A stretch of 64,000 nt of DNA. Source: the human T2T-CHM13v2.0 reference genome, Homo sapiens. Within the stretch, counting starts at the first letter, position 1; each line of letters begins with the position of its first letter. The position numbers and the translations under genes were made by a program. This document shows, one piece after another, positions 48,246 through 64,000 of this stretch. The stretch is taken from NCBI RefSeq assembly GCF_009914755.1, contig NC_060940.1. The stretch is one strand, 5' to 3'. The notes beneath the pieces are model-generated. The model was given only the letters and a program-made list of their open reading frames with translations. It was not told the DNA's origin and made no database searches.

Positions 48246-49770
48246 CCACAAAAGTCAAGCTGCCCCAGAGAAGCCAGAATGAGGACCTAAGCTGGCAGCT
48301 TCTGGTCCCCCAGCACTGCCTGTGTCTGGCCCTGTGCTCAGTACCTTAGGGTGCAGTAGCTCGTTAAATTCTCACAATTCTAGTAACCAGGTGGTGTTTC
48401 TTTCCTCGTCTTACACGGGGAAAATGGAGGCCTAGGGAGGTTAAATGACCTGCCTTAAGACCCACGTCTTACAAGTGATGCTCTGGGATTCACTCCAAGC
48501 CATGGCCTTAAGCTGGAAAGAGGGACTTGCTCAAGCTCCTCTGTGGCTTTTTGGCTCCCAATGTTCATTCTGTCCCTGCTCACAGTCAGCCCCACCGCCC
48601 TCGGCCTCTACAGAGAGGCAGGCCTCAGAACTCTCCCCTCTCAGGGCTGGGCTCAGGCAGAGGTTTCCCACCCTGTTTCTCATAGTCACAGTCAACCTGG
48701 CACTTGCTTGTTTATTTGGTTACTTGTTCATTGTCTATCTTGGCCCCTCTAGAATGTCAGCCTCATGAGGGCAGGCCCCTGCCAGGCTTCTCCCTCATGT
48801 ATCCCCAGCACCCAGGGCAGAGCCCAGCACATACAGATGTTCAGTACATGCTTGCGAATGCATGAATGACAGGGACAAGAGGAGCCTCACAGGCCCAGCT
48901 CACAAGCAGAAAGCCAGAGGCTTAGATTCCAGCCACACATGATCTTGGTCCCCTCCCTCCCCTAAATATGCCACCCCCTACCCAGCCCAGCCTTCATTGT
49001 TTCCCTGCCCATATAAAGGGAACAGGGGTAAATGGAGAGATGTCTACAAGTGGAGCCATTTCTGGATCCCCTAATGGGCTTTGTACATACTTCAGTGAAC
49101 TAAACATAAGAACTGATGAAGTTGTGAGCTGTACTCCAAGGCTCAGTGAAACTGTGTCTCTTTTCTCTGTGTTAAGACCTCACAGCCCTCAGTTTGCTAC
49201 ACCTAGCCATCTCCACTCTGACAGCCTTCTGACCTCAGCTGAGCAATTACTCAGGAGCTCATGGATGAGAGCAAAAATTAACTAAGAAGAAAGAACCATC
49301 TCTACATCCAACCAGTGCAGAAGAGTTACAGACAGCCTCCCTTAGCTTATAAAGCACTGTCCTGCCCTTGGCAGTTTGCCTCCAGCTGTACACACAGCCT
49401 TCTCCCAGGCACCTGGCTTGAGTTGTCCAAAAGCAGCTCTAACCACTCAGCAACAAATTTATCTGAAGAGGTGTAAAAATGTGCACCACCTTGACTAGGA
49501 GTGTCACTCTTGAGAAAGGAGCCTAAGGGCAGAGAGCGGAAGACCAAACACGTGATCATGGTGCCATTAGGGATAGGGCCCAACAAGAGGGGATTTGTTA
49601 AGTTCATTCCGGCACATGGAGCTGGAGGAATACCCAACAGCCATCATAAGTGAGCATTAAGGAGACAGCCCAGCAATATGGAAAAGGGTTCATGGAATGA
49701 GACAGCACCGTAAACTGGATCCCTCCTCCAATTAAAACCATTCAAGACCATGGGCCTAACCAAGGCATAG

Positions 49771-52680
<2,910 letters not shown>

Positions 52681-52882
52681 CTATTACTATATTATTTATT
52701 ATATTACTCCTTCTAACTTATAGCTGAGGGCATTTGGGACAGGGCCTCCCATGAGAGCTTTTATAAGAGACCTAATTCAGGAGTTAGGAAAACGAGGAAG
52801 GGGCATCATAGTCCCACTTCTGACACCAACTCGCTGTGTGATTTTAGTCCAGCTGCTTCTCCCTCTGGCCTCAGTCTCTTCA

Positions 52883-53362
<480 letters not shown>

Positions 53363-53627
53363 CTACACAGCCTGGAGCCCAGCTCTCCTAGCTCTCAAAG
53401 CCCAGTTTGGTTTCCCTGCACTTGAGCAAGCTCCAAGAGCTGAGGCAGTGGCAGCCCCCAGAGAGGACACAGGAGAGCCAGAGTCCTGGCGCCTGGCCTA
53501 GCACAGCCTGAGTCAGCTGCTTCCCCTCTCTGAGCTTCAGTTTCCCCACCCCAAGTTAGGGTGACCATGCCTTCCCAGGCCTGTGGGGAGGAGCCAGAAG
53601 GCACAAGTACTCACATTCTTAAAGATT

Positions 53628-58082
<4,455 letters not shown>

Positions 58083-58318
58083 AATGAATTGCTAATTGTG
58101 GTGGAATTTTAGGCAGGAAGAGAAGGGGGCTACAACCCCTCAAGTCACTATCACAAAGCAGGATGAAGGTATTGATCGGCAGAGGAAAAGGAGATGGTTT
58201 TCCATAAGCAACTAGTGGTCCACACTATGACCACAGCACCCAGGCAGGAAGACAGCCCCAGCCATGCAGAAGCACACGCCACAGATATGAGAATGCTGGG
58301 TGGGCAAGATCGTGCTAC

Positions 58319-58541
58319 CTAGTTGGCGGATGGAGCTCCTGGTCTCCTTGGCGAAGCTGGAGTTGGACAAGCTGGTTCTCCGGGAGGTGAGGACAGGGAT
58401 GCGGGTGATTGGGATGCGGTAGCTGGGCACATTAGGGAGATGCTCTACCAGGTTTTGGAGGGCAGAGGCAGAGGCCACCTGGCCAGGTATCTGGTCCTGG
58501 ACTAGGCAATTCAGCTCCATGTTCTGACATGGTGTAGCCAT
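58319..58541 (-). CDS. CNGB1: Alternative first coding exon, putative olfactory CNGB1b N-terminus (74 aa: MATPCQNMELNC...YRIPITRIPVLTSRRTSLSNSSFAKETRSSIRQL)
   Basis: Kozak context cagcaccATGG, in-frame upstream TAA at 58593-58595, 223 nt (74 codons + 1), donor G|gtagca joins exon 17 in frame (RQL-VPATK). Sequence is non-repetitive. Confidence 0.88.
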
Positions 58542-58576
58542 GGTGCTGGGGCCAGAGAGTCTCAGGCAGAGGAGTG

Positions 58577-58595
58577 ACCCTGGGGACTGCAATTA
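58577..58595 (-). promoter_or_regulatory. Homeodomain (TAATTG) plus Olf/EBF-like (TCCCCAGGGT) motif pair upstream of the CNGB1b ATG
   Basis: The minus strand reads cc-TAATTG-cag-TCCCCAGGGT, 36-54 nt upstream of the ATG. Confidence 0.5.
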
Positions 58596-58984
58596 GGAGC
58601 ACAGAGTTGGAGGAGACAATAGGTGGGGGTCCTCCCACCAGCCTAACACGACCAGCCTGGTGCCTACCTGCATTTTCAGCAGTGCTACCCAAAGCCAGAA
58701 GCATCGCTCTTGTCCCTGGAGTTCAACGTCTAATGTGTCATCAGGTCATGTGGCTGGCCCACCCAGGAGCACCGAGGGACAGCCCAGGAGGCCCCCAACT
58801 TCCCATGCTCCCTCCACTTACCAACCACCGGCAGCATTTCCCAAAAATATTAGAATCAAAGAACCCAGAACTCACAGAATCTCAGATTCTTAGACCCAAG
58901 AAACCCAGGACTCGAACATTCTTAGCCTGGTAGAATTTTCCAGTCCAAAGCAGCCCTGGAGGTCAACTAATTTCACTTCCAACC

Positions 58985-59420
58985 AGAAGCAGTAACTCTT
59001 CCTATGGCCCTGGTTCCCCAACTGGGCTGTGCATTGGAATCACCTGGGAAGGTTTGACAATTTCTGTTACCCAGGCCCATTCCCAGAGATTCTGACTTAA
59101 TGGCTGGGATGAGGCCTGGCAGCAGGAATTTTTAAATCTCCCCAGGTGATTCCAATGGGCTGTCAGGTTTGAGGACCAGGGCTCAAGGCTATTGCCCCTC
59201 AAACACAAATGTGCAGACAAATCACCAGGAGATCTTGTTACCACGAGGAGTCTGATTTAGCAGGTCTGGATCGCGGCCCAAGTTACTCATTTCTAACCAG
59301 CTCCTGGGTTACGCCAAAGCTGCTGGGTCTAGGTCCATACTTTTGAGTGCAAATGGCTATGCCTCAGCATTTCTCAGAGTGTGGGTCCCAGACCACCTGC
59401 TTCCAAATCACCTGGGAAGG
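58985..59420. mobile_element. MER5A/B-like hAT relics
   Basis: gcattggaatcacctggg...cccagagattctgacttaat...ccccaggtgattc. Confidence 0.75.
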
Positions 59421-60289
59421 GGCAGAACCCACCCCACTGAACCAAGCCTGCACCTGTTTGCTCCTGGTCTTTTTCATCCATGTGGGGACCCAGCCCCAGG
59501 CCTGGACTTAGTAGGAATTCCTATAAATATGTGTTGAAGTTAACAGAGAACACTTTTCAAAGACCAAGTAGGGAGCAAGCTCAGGATACCCAGGGTTAGG
59601 ACACTTGGGTCCAGTCCCATTTCAACCACTCGCTGGCCGAGACACATCCTCGTCCCAATATTGACTCCTCCCTCAGTGCCAGCCACAGTTTGGGGTGCCT
59701 TGGACACATTGTCTCCCCTACTCTGCCCAGCAACCTGTGAGCTAGGTACTATTATTGCCCCTTTTTTCTTGATTTGGAAGTCATGGTTCAGACAGGTCAC
59801 AGAACTGGCTCTGGGTCACACAGCAAGGAAGAGAGAAAGGAGCCAGGAGTGAAATGCAGGTCTGTGCCTTGACCTCTTGGCCAAATCCGCACACACAGAG
59901 CCTCAGTTTTCTCATCTGTAAAATGGTCTGTCTGCCTCACAGAGCGGCTGAAGACCCATTGCGTGGGGAATGTGGAGTGTAAGGCACGCAACACCTGCCG
60001 GCCAGGGGTTGGGTCCCACCTGTCCCAGCTCCAGGGTCCAGCTGTTGCTGGACTCCTTGGGACTCTTTCTCCGCCATTGCTTGAGTTCTCAGGATTGAGG
60101 GCAGGGTGGTAAATCACAGCAAAATGTATGTGCTGGGTACAGCTGGAGATCAGGAAAAGCTCATAAAGAGACATGGAGTCCAGGACACTCTGTTAGGAAG
60201 TTCTGGTTCCAGTTTTCACTCAGCTATGTGATGTCTGAGCCAAACCCTCACTGGGCGGTAGCCCAAGAGCTGCATCCTCATTGAGCGGA

Positions 60290-60395
60290 AGTGGCAGGAG
60301 AGGCTGGCAGGAGGGACTGGCTGGGAGGGGCTGGTTAGGAGGGGCCTGCAGGAGGGGCTGGCAGGGAGAGGCTGGAAGGAAGGAGTTGGCTGGGA
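60290..60395. repeat. Degenerate G-rich tandem repeat, unit about 13-14 bp (GGCTGGCAGGAGG)
   Basis: About seven imperfect copies read directly. Confidence 0.75.
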
Positions 60396-60615
60396 TCGGG
60401 ATTTCCCCGGCGCCACTGGGAGTCCTGGGCCTCAGTGAAATTCCTTAGAACCTTTGAGATGTATCAGTAGGCTCTGATAATGTGGCCCCAAGACACCAAG
60501 GATGGGATTTTCCTGAAGACAGGGTGGCTGAGGGGGCAATGGGGGGAAGGAGATGGAGGGAGAGGAGGAGGGGTTGCCCCTGCACGAAGGCTGCCTCCAG
60601 CCTAAAAGGACCTCA

Positions 60616-60855
<240 letters not shown>

Positions 60856-61457
60856 TCAGCCCCCAGCCCTAGTCTCAGCAGCTCCTGTTAGATCTGCCTT
60901 CAGAAGTCCACATGGGCCCAGTTCTGCTTCTTGCCCTGCCCAGCCAGTCAGGTCCTGCCAGCCCACCTTCTGGGCATCCTGGGAGTAGCCTACAACCTGT
61001 AGAGGGCAGTGCACCCAGGACCTACGGGTCCTAACAGCTGGACGTGTCACCTGTGATGAGGGACACTCGCAGCCTGGCACATGGGGGAACAAAGCATCGA
61101 CAGCACCACTCTTCACAGTGTGCAAGCCCTTTTGGGTCCTCCTACAGGCCCAAGGGAGGCGTCTGTAGCCCCCTCGTGCACAGGTGGCCACTGGGACCCA
61201 GAGTGGGGAGGCGACTTGCCCCAAGCCAGGCACCCACAGGAGGACTCGAGCTGGGTCCACCCGTCTCCCCACCCACGGCCTGGGCCGCTATCTGACCCCT
61301 GCCAAGAGGGGGCCTCGCAGGACCCGCCACCCTGCTCCCTCTGTCCTGCGGGCATCTTACCAGCCAAAACTCCCCCTGTAAGCAAAGTGGACAAGGTCCC
61401 CATCCTTCCACCAATGCCAAGCCAGGCCTCAGAGGTGCCAGTGCCTGGTGCTTCTCA

Positions 61458-61703
<246 letters not shown>

Positions 61704-62799
61704 CTACTAACAATCACCCCATCTGAGACATGCACTCAGCAAGGCACTGTGAAGGACATGCCACAACTCTGCTAGGAAGGAGGGCTTCCTAGAGGAGGTG
61801 GCCTGTAAGCTGAGCCTCCAGGATGATGATTTTACCACAAAGAATGGTGGGGAGGAAAAGGTTGTCCAGGAAATGAGAACAACATGTGCGAGAAATGCAT
61901 GGAGGACGGTTGGAGGAGCTGTCATCTGGGGTCTCCCAGTCTCCAGGCAATCTTGGTGATGGGTAGAGCATGACAAAAGTGAGGCCCAGAGAGGTGAAGT
62001 GACCTGGCAAAATCACACAGCAAATTGTCCCAAACCACACAAACCTCAAACCCAGGCCCTGGTTCTTCCCATGCCATGAGATCAGAGCCACTGCAACTGC
62101 TGAAGTTTTCATGGGTGCCGGGCCCAAGCAGCAGGCATACATAAGTGATAGGGCCAGGGGTGAGGGTGCAGTGGGCAGGGAGGGCTGTGGCAAATTAGCG
62201 AACCCATGTCCATTTGAAGGCAGCAACCCCACTCCGCTGGAAAAGGGGGCCCAGGTGGCCAGATCATTCCATTTTCAAACAGAGCCTGAAATATATGTTT
62301 CTAAGGTAAAGTTGTCTGATATTTAGATGCTGATAATTCAAATTAATATATCTTTATTAATATGTAGTAGCCAAAAGAGCCCATCTCCAGGCTAAATTAG
62401 ATGTCCGTGTGCGACCTCTGGGTTAAAATGATGACTCAGGACCAGGGACTAATGTGATTTTTGTAGTTAGGATTAGTTCCTGCTTCCTAACACCCCCTCC
62501 CCACCCCTCAGACTCCTGTCATCCAGGGGTTCACAGAGGATGCTCTGGGGTGTCTGCCACCCAGGAAACTTGAATGCATCATTCTCTACCCAGAGGGCCA
62601 AGTCTCAGCCCTCCTGAGCAAGGACGGTGGGGCAGGAAGGTGGAGACGGGATTGTTGCCTAGTCGGTCTGGAGCCAGCCGCTTGGCAGCAGAAATCAGTC
62701 GGTAATCACATTGCCACAGCGGCTCCTGGGCTGCGTGCCAGGCAGTCTGCATGAAAAGTCTCCCCAGATCCTCCTCCAAATTACCTTGAGAAATCTATA

Positions 62800-64000
<1,201 letters not shown>

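Overview
Human (primate, very Alu-rich) genomic DNA containing the 3' two-thirds of CNGB1, the cyclic nucleotide-gated channel beta-1 subunit, on the minus strand. I traced 19 coding exons, all bounded by GT-AG, with phases that join into one open frame of 2635 nt. It runs from the end of the glutamate-rich GARP region through the calmodulin site, the transmembrane segments, the TIGGLPDP pore, the C-linker and the cNMP-binding domain to a TAA at 5401. Exon numbers 15-33 assume the 33-exon model I recall. The most notable feature is an intact alternative first coding exon in intron 16 (58319-58541). It has a strong Kozak ATG, 74 codons and a phase-1 donor that joins exon 17 in frame, which fits the olfactory CNGB1b isoform, and it is preceded by an adjacent homeodomain plus Olf/EBF motif pair. 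Other candidates for follow-up: a perfect hairpin over the exon 18 donor, an RBFOX/CA-rich block after exon 24, a GARP1-like read-through stop, alternative poly(A) signals, CTCF-like sites and inverted Alu pairs. The rest is interspersed repeats (Alu, L1, MIR, L2, MaLR/ERV LTRs, MER DNA elements). Repeat boundaries are approximate and family names come from memory, not a search. I see no evidence of a wholly new biological system.
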